Positions 12,126-27,858 of a stretch of 64,000 bases of DNA are shown in pieces. The translations under genes were made by a program, and so were the position numbers. This DNA is from the human T2T-CHM13v2.0 reference genome, Homo sapiens, in the NCBI RefSeq assembly GCF_009914755.1, contig NC_060945.1; one strand, 5' to 3'. The stretch's first letter is position 1; each line of letters begins with the position of its first letter. The notes under the pieces were generated by a model, which was given only the letters and a program-made list of their open reading frames with translations, did not search any database and was not told the origin of the DNA.

Positions 12126-14639
12126 ATTCCTCTTCTTCGGTCTTCCACGCCAGGCTCTAATACCTAATTATCAAAACTTAAATAATGTGTCTTCTAATTA
12201 TATATACATCTTTCCTCTCTGTCTTTGTCAGCAGACTCTGTGCATATTTGTTAGCATATGTACAACAAACCTGTTTTGTGTTTGGTGCCTGACAGAGAAG
12301 TCATACTGGCTGCGTGTTTCTTGATCAGATTTTATGTTCCACTTCAGGTTCATGGGTGTCCCTGTGGGAATATGGTCCTCTTTACATGCTTAGAATCAAG
12401 CCATTGGGTTTTCATTGTCATATTATCTTGGACCCAAATCAATTTGGCCCTCTATAAGTAAACTCCACTACGAAGTGCATAGGTTTGTCCTTTAACCACA
12501 TCTGGAGATTTGGACACTTTATCCAAGTCAATTGGTTTTTCCACTTAGCCTTCCCCTTATATTAATCCAGCCTTCTGTTTTGACTCCTGTGCTCTACTAC
12601 TCAACCTCCTGTTCCGACTCCTGGAGTCCTTGTCCCTCTAGTTCTACTCTGTCTCAACTCACAAAACTGACATCAGCCATAATTATTAAGTAAAGGTAAT
12701 ATGTGATCCTCTGACATCCTGGAGAATGCAAATGAATTGATATTTCTCCTAACTCTGCAATGAAGAGTCAGACTTGAAACGCTAGTACTGTCATGTGATT
12801 TATTACTATAAAAATATTCAATGAAAAATGTGCATCTTTTTCCAAACTTGTCATTTGGGATTGGCAATTCAAAAAACAATAATAATGCTTGGAGAATCAA
12901 AATTATCTACCTCATTCTCTCAAAATATGAGTTACCCAGGTAATCAAAGTGACAATGTTGAAATAGATATAGGTTAAGTAAATTAGAAAGAGGACGTTAT
13001 GGATAATTACTATAAAACTAACAGATTAAAAATTAGCAGATTAAGATTATAGCTAATCAATTTGTTTTAGTTTATAAATAAAACATGAGTTTTGATATAT
13101 ACTTGAAACATTTAATACTAGTGAATAGTAATATTAGTTAATTAATGAGGCAAAAATAATACCACATTTGTTCTGTACAACTAAACTTTTAAAATCCATT
13201 TTAAAAGCATCTTCTATGAATAAGCTTTAGTAAAAAGAACAACAAATTGCTACCAAATACATTATAGAGAGTATTAATGGTGCATTTGATTTCTGCACAC
13301 ATAGACTGTTGAATAGCTTTCAAGTGAAAGTCCATAAAGAAATACATATCAATACAAATAAACTAACACTTATTTTATTATAGTGAGTTGCATATTTTTT
13401 CCAAGCTAGGGTCAATAGAAAGGTAACTCTATTTCAGTGAAAAGCTAGTTTTTCCTAAAATAATGTTTCATTATTTATACCTATATGTACATATTTTTTT
13501 CTAAGTCTGTGTCTCTGTAATAACTGCACTGGTTCAGGAAATGACCAAAGTTTTCCTAAGTTGAATTGTAGAAATATTTTTCAATCATGTGATGCTTTTT
13601 TCAAAGTTTGATTTTTGCTTTCCCTAGATATTGGTTCCTGAAATTGATAGTTTATAGTTTATGATAGAAGAACTGAAGATATATTTTCCACTTCTCGATC
13701 TGCCTATCCAGAAATGCATCTAGGTTTTCTTCCAGGTGATTAAACTGTAATCTCTTAACAATTCACTCGTTGAATTTTTAAATACACTTCTCTCTGTTCC
13801 CTCCGTGAAAGAGCATTTGTTGCCGAGCAAAAAGGTGATCTTCAGACTTTCCAGACCAGCAGCACCCAGAGATACATGTATTCCTTTTTGTCCCTAAAAA
13901 ATTTCATGGATTAGGTGGGCATTTAGAATATTAGTGGAAAAAAGCATACTCCAGAAACTTGTTTCATTTTTATTTTTTTCTGTATCATTATGCCTAAGAA
14001 TGCACCTGCCTCAATGCATGCTGCTAGTCTTTCTTCTAATCCTTCCTTTCATAATTATCACTCTTTATTTAGAAAAGAAATCCATATCTTTTACCCACTG
14101 TGAAATAGAAACTTCACTGTTTCTTTACTCTTGAGTAAAAAGTCTGAAGTGTGCCAAGCAAAGGAACAATTCAAAACACTGATGTTTGTGAGGACTCTTT
14201 TATTCAAAACATCACAAATCCATGGTAGGACTGATTTTGCATTTTTACACACATAGGCACACACTCATATACATCCTATTAAAGTGGAAAAGTGGCATTA
14301 CAAATGGTATATTCTGACCTATTCCACAATATCTGAATTAAAACTTATTATATAAGAAATTCTGGGAGTGATATCAATTCCTCTTTCATTCCTGTGTTAA
14401 TCAACGCACTCATTGTTCCTGAGAAAGAGAACCAAGGGGAATTAAAATTGTCTATAGAAATTTTAGATGATGTATTATTTATGTAATGATTCTGTAGACA
14501 TTAAATTAATAATGCAAACTTGACCGCATAACTCCATTCTCAGCAGTATTGATAATGACAAATAGTCTGCTCAATTCTGTTATTCATGTATACCACAGAC
14601 ATATGGGATCCCACATTTTTCATGACCTTAAGAAAGATG

Positions 14640-15030
14640 TAAATTCGTGCTTTTAATTTTTTTAATATTCATTTAGAATCAGAAGAGAATCATCTCTTTC
14701 CTAAGCTCCAGTATTATCATTTTGGCCAATCTACCAACTTCCCTTATCTGGATCCCTTATCTGCAATCACCTCTTCATTTTTTTTCTACTTGTACACCAG
14801 GTCCACTATTTTCTATTTGCAAAAAGAGCAGCCAGAATGATCTCTGTGAAACAAATTTCGTTATTCCACTTTTCTGCTTCAAACACCCATAGTAAATCTC
14901 AAGGCCGTACCATACCAAGGGGCTGGCCCCCGTTACCTCCTTGACAGTCCCCTTAACTACCTTCCTTATCTGTTTATTCCCATTAAGGCACATCATGCCA
15001 GAATATGTTCACCTCAGAATGTTTGCAAGG
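14640..15030 (+). mobile_element. L2 relic
   Basis: gcagccagaatgatct...ttccacttttctgcttcaaacacc...ggctggccccc, an L2 3' region. Confidence 0.55.
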
Positions 15031-18000
15031 CTTTATTTAAACCTTTTCATTATGGGTGGTGGGATGACAATATTTAGTTAAGCAAATCAAGTGCTTATGT
15101 TTTTATCTCAGAACTATAACAGCGGTGCTGGTTTAAAATATTTGTAAACAAAATGTAAGATAGGGCAGGGGGAGATCATTTAGGGTATTATTGCAAATAT
15201 AGGAGTAAATTTATATGAACTAAAGCGAAAATAATTGTAACAGAGGATCATAGACTTTGATGCATTTAGAAAGTATCTGACCAGCTCTGTAAGGGGAATA
15301 TGAAAAAAAAAAATTGGCATGATTTAGAAGTTTGTTTGAGCAACTGGATGAATTATCATGACAACAAATGATATTGAGGATAAATACCAAAGAGATTAAA
15401 AGAGTAGAGCTAATCTTTCTGTATATCTCTGCACTTCAACAGACTGTCTGGCTTGAGAAATTACAGGCAGCTCATGGGGCTGAAGATAGACAAATATGCA
15501 TTCCTGGAGGGTCATTTTCTCTGTCTGTAAATGAGTTTGGTAGCTGGCTCAGTAGGTTCAAGGCAGCATAATTACTTCTTTTTTTTTTTTTAGATGAAGC
15601 TTGCTTCCGGTCTCTGGAGGCTTCCCGTATCTAACAAGACCAGTAGTCTTATTGGTATGAAGCTGCATAGATGTTTCCAATACCCCCAGCCTTATAAATA
15701 CTTTGATTATTATGAAGGTGAAAACCATGCTCTAACAAAATATTGGCCATGGTGAAATCAGACCACCCATAACTGGTTCAAGCTGCGGGACAATGTCACT
15801 CAAGAAGATTGTTGTCACTCTACTAGTTCCCTTAATTTAAACTAAGTTCTCCATAAACCTTCATCTTTTGTGTGTCTCTCCTACTTTTTTGCACATGTCT
15901 TCAACTTTTCTTTGCACATGGTGAATTTCAGTCTTTTTTCTGCGCCAAGGTTTCCAGTTTTTATGTGGTGTTCACTCTCCCTTATTTTGATTGCAGTGAT
16001 TAAAAAGAAATCTTGAGATTTAGATAAGCTGACTTTACATTTTCAAATGGGGAAACTGAATGGTCTTTGAGATTTCATAAAGAGATTTCCAGGTAAAATA
16101 TACATAAATATTATAGCTCAGAAAACTAGGGTATTCTGTGTATTATTCTGATTCTCTAGGGAGACAAATTTAAGAGAAGAAGGCCCCTAGTTACCCATTT
16201 CAGCTCTATAGATTACTAGCTTTCAACAATGAGTTCTCACCTGTAAAACAGATACACTGATGGCATCTTTGCACAGGAGGATTATTATATAGATAACTGA
16301 TATAATTTATGTAATGTGCATGTATATTCCCTAGCATTCAAAAATGTTACCTTGTAGTGTTGTTATTGTCATTATTATTATTCTCTGTTCTAGACTTTGA
16401 ATGTGTTGAAGTCCTAGGCTTTAAGTAATCATAGCTGTATTTCCAATGGCTAATACAATGAGTGGCAAATACTAGCTATTCAATATCTATTTCTTTAAAG
16501 AACTAACCACACAGGTTAAGGTCATAAGTTGACTTTCTCTTTATTCACTTCTAAGACTGAAGAAAACTGATAGCCAGAGAAAATTTCAATTGAATTTGAA
16601 GCAATGCTGTCTTGAATATGCAGTAATACTTACCAAAGTGTTAGGGAAATTGTGCCATGTTCCCATATTTACACCTTCTTCTCTTAACAAGACCAAGTCA
16701 AAAACTAAATGTTCTCTCTCTTTTTGTGTTTGTTTCATCATTTTCTTTCCTTGAATTATCTTCCATGCTATATTTTGGTGCATCTGATTGGAAAGTTATA
16801 AAATTTATTTTTTAGCATCTGATTTGAGAGTTAATGACCTCTTATATTTTGTGTCCTCCATAAATATTATGAGAAATCATGGTATACAGAGCTAAATACA
16901 AATACATCATTTAGAAAATATTTTGCATTTTTGTTGTTTTTAACTTTATCTTAATTCATGAGAAAATAATTTTAATATAAGTATTTTGGCCTAGTCAACA
17001 TATAGTTTTTACCATTAAACAATTATATTGAAATTCTTCAATAAGAACTGTATTCTGTGTATATAACATTTATGTTAGAAATATTAATTTATTAACCATG
17101 CATAAAAATTTATATTTTCTTATATCATTAATTTTATGTAATATATGTGTGCTCATTCCCAGTCCCCCAAATTATAGAAATAATATTTACAGTGTAGCAG
17201 GATTTTAAACCTAGAATATTACATATTAAAATTTATAAATATTCAAAAATACATTTTTAATTACAGATGGCTACATAATTATGAACAATATAATACCCAG
17301 TTATTTATGAACTTTTCTTTTCTCAGGCTAATTATTTGTTCATTTCATTGTTTTTGCTACTCAGGGCCAATGACATTAGAGTAAGTTGTTGTCTGTATCT
17401 GGCGATCTCTCATTTATAAAAATGCTCTTCCAACTTTTGATTGCTCTAGATAAAATCTAAATGGTAAGTAATGAAAGTTCCTACTATATAGTTCTTACTA
17501 TGTAATTCTATTCCAATTATAGAGTTAAATATACAGAAATACACATGAAATGCAAAATAAATGCACATAAAATGTAGAGGATTAAAAATAATAAAAAGTT
17601 ACAATGTCCTACTCAGTCTTTTAAATTTTAATTAGGTACCTAGGATATTTCCATAATTCCATTGTGTTCACCCTTTTAAGATTCCAAAAATTTTTTATAA
17701 ATCAGAATATTTTTATTGCTTACAATTTTGATAATTGCACCTATACTATTGATTTTGAAAGTTTGGGGGTGAAGGAAGAAAATATATGGAAAATATGCAT
17801 ATTACTTTGACTTTATGTGAATTCTAGCAGGAATCAATCCAAACTGTCAGCCAAATTAGAAGCGGTTCAAATTAACCAGGCATTTCCCACTATTTCCAGA
17901 ATGAATTTAAAAAGTCCAAATACATCCATAAAGACTGATACACTGAAACCATCAGACACATGGTTTTATCAGAGCATATTCTCTTTCCTAACTAAAAATA

Positions 18001-19385
18001 ACCTCCTTCTGAGAATAAAAATCTGAAAAGAAATTCCATTCTTGATTATCTGCAAAAGCTACAAAAGCTCTTATGGGCCTATTCAACCATCAGATTGGCA
18101 GAATTTTAGGGAAGTCCATTCCTGAAATGTATCTTTATTTCCTGATGTGCTTATTGCCAATGTTATTTTAACTGTTAGAGCATCTTAAAGACATAAAAGC
18201 AGTTGGCTAGATATTCTAAAGACGATGGCAGTAGCCCGCAGCTTACATAAACCCTATAGGGTCCGTGAACATAGTTGCAATAAAGCAGAACATTGAAAAC
18301 ACAGCTTATATAAAACTTAATACACTCAGCCCGGAAGATACTTTTAAACATTTGCTAAAATTACTTTACAAGCAGGCATGTTCACTATAAAATCATGGTA
18401 ATGGAGAAATAAAGCAGGGGTATAGAATAAAAAGCAAGAAATTTGCCCAAACAGTTCATTTAAGCAGCTAAAGAACCACTAGGGTTATCTTGATACAATT
18501 CAGAGTTTCTTTACATGAAGATCTCATTTACAGCTATGTGGTGTAGATAATTATCTTATTTAAGGTTGTTACCAAAGCTTTCATGTTTTTTTAATATCCT
18601 AAATGAGTCTCTGACCTATTTGCCTTTCAGGTATGTGTGCTTGTGAGTGTGTGTTTTTGCTATATTTTAAGTAACATTTGTTTACAGGCTACACTTACAA
18701 TTACATATGCATGTGCTCGTTAGTAGTTAACTTTATATAAGACAGAAGGCTTATTATTGACTGCCTATTATTGTTCAGAGGGGAGAATAGGTAGTATTAG
18801 GAGAGGAAATGTTTTCAAAGCTAATTAATAGGAATTTGTGGTTAGTGAATTCCTACAAGATAGCAAACCTAGATTTGCTTGGAACTAAACTGCATGGTAT
18901 TCTTTCACTAAATTGCTGCTTTCCCATCATTTTTTAATAAAATAAGGACAACTGGAGGGAACAGTAGCTCAACAGAAATGTGAGCACATATGGCCTAGCC
19001 AGTGGAATGTCTTAGTCACACGATTATCTCCAGGGACAATGACAGGATGAAGGGCCAGTGAATTCTACTAAACCTGTTCTTATGTCTTCCTCAATGAAGC
19101 CTATTCTCTACTGCATTTAGTATAATATTGTAGAATTTACACTGAAGCTGTTACTTGACAATTAGTGACCATGGAAAGTCCCAGCTTGTTCAGTAAGCTG
19201 AAAATACAAAAATGAATATCTATCTATATATATAATTTTTAAACAAGAGTATGTTTTACTATCCCACATAAATGGTTAATCATATTCTTTCCTATGGAAA
19301 TGCTGTTCGTTGTGTCTGAAAATACTCGTAATAAAAATCATAGCATGCATACTTGGCCTTCCACTTCCTATTAGCATGTAGGAAG

Positions 19386-19936
19386 TGTAACCAAGTCCCA
19401 ATTCAGTCTGCTCACCGCACGACAGCCAATAAGTCAAGAGAGAATGATTTGGAGCAAAGAAAATGACTTTATTTCTGAAAGCCAGCAAACCGAAAAGATG
19501 GCAGACTAATGTCCTAAAGAACCATCTTTAGTCAGTACAAATTTCAAGCTCTTTTTTATGTTCAGGGTAGGGGGAAGAGAAAGGGATTGAGACCAAAGAG
19601 TGATTGATGACCACAGTCATCTGGGTGCCAGTGAGGGTCTGAGGAGGCTGTGAAACCTCTCTGTCCTTGGTCAGGTCACAACGCCTCTGCAAATCCTTAC
19701 CACAACATTGCTACTTGTATGTTTACCTCTGTTATTTCCTCTGGGATTAGTTTTGGGAAGTGACTATTATGATTCTTGCTTTAAAGTTAAATTATAAACT
19801 AACTTCCTCCCATTGTTAGCCTGGCGTACCTGCAGAGATAAGCAAAAGCAATTAACCTAAAAGATATCACCATGGACAGGGACCATTAGGAGCAAAATGG
19901 AGTTAGTCATGCTAGGCCTCCTTTTTCACTGTTACA
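19386..19936 (-). mobile_element. ERV1-class solo LTR (MER4/LTR8-group-like)
   Basis: TGTAAC...GTTACA termini with 4-bp TSD gaag/aaag; motifs tttaaagttaaattataaactaa and aaaatggagttagtcatgctag. Confidence 0.7.
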
Positions 19937-20776
19937 AAAGCAACAAGGGAACATTACATCCTCTCTAACAAAAATAAGCTCGGTTGTCTAGGCGTTTTTT
20001 AAAAAGTCTACCAGATGACTGAGATTGCAAGGCCCTCTAGTGAAATGAAATTCTTCAGAGTGAGAGTAATGAGTCTATGAAATAGGGTGGAGAGACAGGA
20101 CAAATGAACTGTCTTACTTAAGGCAGTTCTGCAGGAAGAAGAGATGTTCATGGTAAAAGCAGGTTAAAAAACAGTGGAAATGTTAACCAATTCTTAAAGA
20201 TGTAGGCTAGCATCATGTTTAGAATCCCAGGAAGCCTCTAAAACAAGGGAAGTCTGGAAGTATTACACAACTCATTACCATAGTCCTCTGACAAGCATTC
20301 ACAAGGAAGTTTTGTGGTAGGGGAAGAAGCCTGAGAGGAAAACCCCTCCATAATGCAGGCATGCAGGGATTCCCAGGGCAGAGGAGCTGAACCTAGAGAA
20401 AACTCTCTGTCCACTGTAGAATAAGTTCATGGTCATGGCTGACTGCCACAGGGATATAATATCAAGCACTGCTCTGATACAAGGTACAGAGCACTGCTGA
20501 AGGAGGGACAGGAAACCTGTTCACATCAAAGATTCTGCACTGACTTAAGGCAGAACACCTCTGCCTTGGTGGGGGAGAGGCAGGAAACGCCTAGCCATAG
20601 GCTTTGCACTGAGTTGAGTAGGAGGAAAAGAGTGACTTCCCTACAAGGAGGCTCCAAACAGCTGAGAAAGTTCCACACACAAGTTTGGGGATGCAAGTGC
20701 TGCCTAAGATGAAGGCTAGACAAGGAGAATTGAACAACTCCCCTACCCAAATTATGAGCCTGCCACAGGAAACACA

Positions 20777-20811
<35 letters not shown>
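20777..20811. repeat. (CA)n microsatellite
   Basis: About 16 CA units. Confidence 0.95.
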
Positions 20812-20813
<2 letters not shown>

Positions 20814-22275
20814 AAAAACTACAGAACATTATCTCTCATGTAGACAGAAATCTATAAAATGATATTAGCAAATGTAATCCAACAATATTTAAAAGAATAA
20901 TATTCCATTATCAAGTTAGCATTATCCAGGCATGCATGATTGGTTTATGTATGATAATTAATGTAATTAATCACATCAACAGATTAAGTGTAAAATAATT
21001 TGATTCTTAAAATAGGTGCAGAGAGAGGCTGGGCGCGGTGGCACATGCCTGTAATCCCAGCACTTTGGAAGGTTGAGGTGGGTGGATCACATGAGGTCAG
21101 GACTTTGAGACCAGACTGGCTAACTTGGTGAAATCCCATCTCTACTAAAAATATAAAAATTATCCGAGGATGGTGGCACATACCTGTAATCCCAGCTACT
21201 TGGGAGGCTGAGGAGGGAGAATTGCCTGAACACTGGAGGCAGAGGCTGCAGCAGAGATTGTGCCACTGTACTCCAGCCTGGGCAATAGAGCAAGACTCCA
21301 TCTCAAAAAATAATAATAATAGATGCAGAGAAATCATTTGAGAAATACAGTGACCATCTTATTTTTAAAATCTCAAAATACTGGAAAATGGGGGGAGGTG
21401 AGAGAAACAAAAAATTCTTAATTTTTAATGGGTATTTACAAAAAAGCTATGAAGCATCATTTTTTTTTTCATGGATCAATATAAGGGACAAGACAAATAT
21501 GACCTTTCTCACTAGTTTCTCATACACCATTGTACTGGAAATGTTGGGCAGTGTAATAAGACAAGAGCAAAATATAAACCATATTGATTTTAACTGAAAA
21601 GTCAATCTCTCTCGGCAAATATCTTAATTGTACACAGAAAATCCTAAAACAAATCTCTAAGAGAAAACATCTTGGCAGTATTTTATGAAACTTAATATGC
21701 AATTGTCATATGACCCAGTAATTACACTCAAGGATATTAATCCATGACAAATAAAACCCGTGTTCCCACAAAAACCTGTACAGAAATGATCACTTGCACG
21801 CACATGCATCTTTATTCATAATAGTCAAAAACTGGAAACCACCCAGATGTCCTTTATTTGATAAATGGCTTAACAAACTATGGTTCATCTATGCCAGGGA
21901 ATATTATTCACCAATAAAAATGAGCCAACTGTTGATACAGAAAACTTGGCTTTGATCTCCAGGGAACTATACTAGGTAGAAAAACCAATCCCAAAAGGTT
22001 ATATAATATGTAATTCCATATATATGTATAACATTCTTGAAATGACAAAATCATATAAGAACTGATTAGGGGGTGACAGATTAATGAGGAATGGGAAGGA
22101 AGAGTGATTTTAATGGAATTGTTCTCTATCTTGATTGCATTAGGGTCAATACCCTGACTCTGATATGGCATGAAAATTTTGCAAGATGTTACTATTAGGG
22201 AAAACTAGGTAAAGGGTAAAAGATGTCTTTTGGTATTTATTTCTTACAACTGCGTGAATCTACAATTATCTCGAA
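20812..22275 (+). mobile_element. Ancient L1M ORF2/3'UTR fragments (host of an AluS)
   Basis: aaatgatattagcaaatgtaatccaacaat, cattgtactggaaatgttgg, aaaaactggaaaccacccagatgtcc. Confidence 0.65.
21027..21317 (+). mobile_element. AluS (Sx/Sz-like)
   Basis: Full-length Alu with TSD aatag(g/a)tgcagaga. Confidence 0.92.
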
Positions 22276-22766
22276 TACACTTACGCCTCAATTATCTGGA
22301 ACTAAACATTTCAAAATAATGAATGTCACATAATTTCAAAATTTTCTAGAAATTATTATCACTTTTTTCAAGCTTTTAAGTGTGCTCATTCTCTAGATGT
22401 CATGTTTTCTTTCTTTTTTTTTTTTTAATGTTTTTTTTTTTATTATACTCTAAGTTTTAGGGTACATGTGCACATTGTGCAGGTTAGTTACATATGTATA
22501 CATGTGCCATGCTGGTGCGCTGCACCCACTAACGTGTCATCTAGCATTAGGTATATCTCCCAATGCTATCCCTCCCCCCTCCCCCGACCCCACCACAGTC
22601 CCCAGAGTGTGATATTCCCCTTCCTGTGTCCATGTGATCTCATTGTTCAATTCCCACCTATGAGTGAGAATATGCGGTGTTTGGTTTTTTGTTCTTGCGA
22701 TAGTTTACTGAGAATGATGGTTTCCAATTTCATCCATGTCCCTACAAAGGACATGAACTCATCATT

Positions 22767-24460
<1,694 letters not shown>

Positions 24461-25053
24461 TAAATGATGGTCACTATTGTGGTTTATCCTATCATATTTT
24501 GTACTCCTATAATATATAGATTCTGTTGCTCCTATCATTTAATTAAATGCAGAAAGTTTAGGTCAGATTGATGTGTTTATGTGATTATCCTTGTAAGATC
24601 AATTGCATTCTCATATCTATTTCAATCGTATTTCCAAATTAAATGCAATATTTTGAAAGAGATATTGCATTTTTATTTTTATTAATTTATTTAGCATATT
24701 CTCAATTTAAATTCTCAATTAAATGTGACAAGTTGACAAGTCATCAACTTCTCCAAATGTACATTTGTGTGTTATCTAGATCTGTGAGTATCCTGCTCCC
24801 AAATTTCAGATATTTCAATGTGTGCATTTCTTTAATTTTTGCTGACTTTTTATTTAACATTTGCTCACATTAAGGTTCATTCAAAGTCTTTTTGGCATAA
24901 ATTTTGAATAGGGGCCTTGAGCTGTTGGGAATAAAGAACAACCACTAAAATTGGGCAGAATAACCACGTTTTCATTAAATCAGTTTGTGTAAATAATTCA
25001 GTTATCTAGAACTGAGTGTGCTTCTAGTTTACATCATCAAATAAAAAAAAAAA

Positions 25054-25574
25054 TTCCCCTCTTCTGTCCGGGTGTTCTTGTTTAACTCCCACTTATAAGC
25101 GAAAGCATGTGGTATTTGGTTGGCTGTTCCTGGGTTAGTTTGCTTAGGTTAATGGCCTCCAGCTCTATCCATGTTGCTGCAAAGGACATGATCTCATTCT
25201 CTTTATGGCTGCATATTTCATGTATATCTGTACCACATTTTCTATATCCAGTCTACCACTGATGTACATTTAGGTTGATTCTATGTCTTTGCTATTGTGA
25301 ATAGTGCTACAATGAACATTTGCATGAACGTGTCCTTATGGTAGAATGATTTATATTCCTTTGGGTACATACCCAATAATGGGATTGCAGACACCGGGGC
25401 CTACTTGATGGTAGAGGGTGGGAAGAGGGTGAGGATCAAAAAACCACCCTTTGGGTACCATGCGTATTACCTAGGTTACAAAATAACCTGCACACCAAAC
25501 TCCATGACATGCAGTTGACCTATATAACAAACCTGCACATGTACCTCTGAACCTAAAATAAAAGTTAAAAAAAA
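25054..25574 (+). mobile_element. Older L1PA (L1PA15/16-like) 3' end with 5' inversion
   Basis: Antisense L1 at 25054-25388 joined to sense 3'UTR at 25389-25574, ending ctgaacctaaaataaaagttaaaaaa. Confidence 0.8.
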
Positions 25575-26216
25575 GTTGGATAACCTTCTTTTGGTAATAT
25601 AATGAAGAAAGTATTCCTTGTTTCAAAAATCACTTATTTGAAGACAATTTGTCTATGATTTGCAATGTTAAAACATAGTGCATCAATATATATAATAAAA
25701 TTGACTCTGTTAACAGCCTACAAATTCATTAAATTTATAAAAACAGTTGAAGTTTAGTGAATGAGAGTAGGTTTTAATTTCAATAACTTTAATAACTCTC
25801 TGTATTATACATACATATATATATGCATACACATATAATTTATGTACTGAAAATATTAGTCAAACTATTTTGAAAATAGGGAAGATAATACTTTAGAGAA
25901 TTCTTCCCTGACTCTTTCCTAAAGCAGTTTTTTTCTACATGTACTTGAAGCTAACTTGTAGTGGATTTGGTATGAAAAATTACATCTTAAATCTTTTCAG
26001 GATTTTCTCTAATCTCATAAACTTGGAAATATAATTGGATAATCTTCAATATTCTGTAATACCACCCTTGTTTTGAAAAAGAAAGCATATTTATTATATA
26101 CCAGGTCTTCCTGTATTCCCGACTGAATGACAAAAAAAAGATTAAAAAATCTAAGTAATACTTAATTGCTTTAGGAATATATATCCCATCATATTTTAGC
26201 ACCATTGGTAGGTGCT

Positions 26217-26352
26217 AAAACAATAAATAAATAAATAAATAAATAAACAAATAAAAAATAAATAAAAGTAAATTTTAAAAAATGTTCCCCTCTTGTGTCC
26301 GGGTGTTCTTGTTGTTTAACTCCCACTTATAAATGAAAGCATGTGGTATTTG
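26217..26352. repeat. (TAAA)n tract followed by a ~68 bp copy of 25054-25118
   Basis: ttcccctctt(c/g)tgtccgggtgttcttg...tttaactcccacttataa..gaaagcatgtggtatttg occurs at both sites. Confidence 0.85.
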
Positions 26353-27858
26353 AAAAAGAGGATTCTGGATTCTCATTGTGTCTCCTTTTCTTAAATGCTT
26401 TGTAAATTTTGGAAAGTTACTTAAAAGCTATAAACTAATGATAAGTTTTGTGTCACCATAGTAACAGTGATGGAAGGTCATACTGTGATGAATTACCTAT
26501 CACAGTTGGTGGGAAGAGATGCTGGAGGTGAACAGACATGTTAGTTTCTTACTTTGCTTCATTTGTCACATAGATATTCAGACATTTCTGGAAATAAACT
26601 TGCCAAGTTTTCTGGTCTATATACATATCACATAGGAGAAAAAAATTTGAATAAACATTTTTTAGTCAGATATTCTACTGAAACTCTTTTCTGCTTATCT
26701 ATTTCCATATGAATATACTATATATGCGTTATAGGATATGAGATAGTCTTTAAAGTTTTTCTCCTTCAGGATAATGAAATGTGAGCAGACATAAAGTGTA
26801 TCACTTCTGGGAAGAAATTTTAATATTCAACATTGTGTTAATCACTTTTCATTTCTTCCAACATGGAGACTGATAGATCCCAAATCGTGGATCTCTGGCT
26901 GCCTGCGTTCCTGAATGCAGCTGGCAAGAAGCAAATAGAGTGCCAAAATTGTGAATAAAAATGTAGCACCGAAAAAAATCTTTCTTGTTCCAGCCACTGA
27001 GATTTGGAGATTATTTGCTACTGGAGCATTATCTGGGTTATCTCGGTAGCTTCTATGTAAGATTCCATGCTAGGCTACATAGAGAAGTCAAAGAATATTA
27101 TGACCTTGGCCTTATTTTCAATTAGTGCTATGCTTCTCTCTTAGGGTAAAATGCTAACAAATCTTTCATTTTATATTTATAAAATAATTTTCCTTCATAC
27201 TTCTTTAAACATTTATAGGCCCTAACTACTTGTACTGACTAGTTAGATATGCTCTTTAGAAATCAAAAAAAAAAAATTTTAAATCACATGACTCGTGATC
27301 TTATACTTTTGAGGATAAATGAAATATACACCAATTCTATCACTAATGAATTTCAAACAGTGAGGGGAAAAAATAAACACTGATAGTTCTAGGAAGTCCA
27401 ATCTATCCCTTACATATTTATGAGTTTTCATGCACTTACTAGTATCTTGCTAGTAAGGTTTCTGTATCACTGTATTTAGAAAAAATTAGACACTTGACCC
27501 TTTGGGCTTCAGATTACCACAATTGCCATTACAGACTGTTAGCCAATATAGCAGCCATAGTAGTTAAGAGATAAATCACAACAGCTATTTCCAATTTCAC
27601 TCTGTCATATAGAGAGCTTGGAGGTTCTTACTCTCATCCTTAAGACCAAAAAAAATAAAGTAGGCAAGCTAAAAACCAACAACTTTTCTTTCATTCGTCA
27701 GTGGCCTTCAGTTGTAGCATAAACCACTACTCTGCAATCTGGAGAGACAGGCAACCAAGCACTGCCTAACTGCAGGAAAAACCACTGGGGGCATGAACTG
27801 GGAGAAGTATTTAAATAGAAATGTTGATGATTTTCTGTAGCCTGAGTGTGGATTACAA

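Noticed and set aside
15570-15600. Strong splice acceptor (long poly-T then AG)
   Set aside because: An isolated signal with no supportable exon or ORF. It cannot be called without transcript data.
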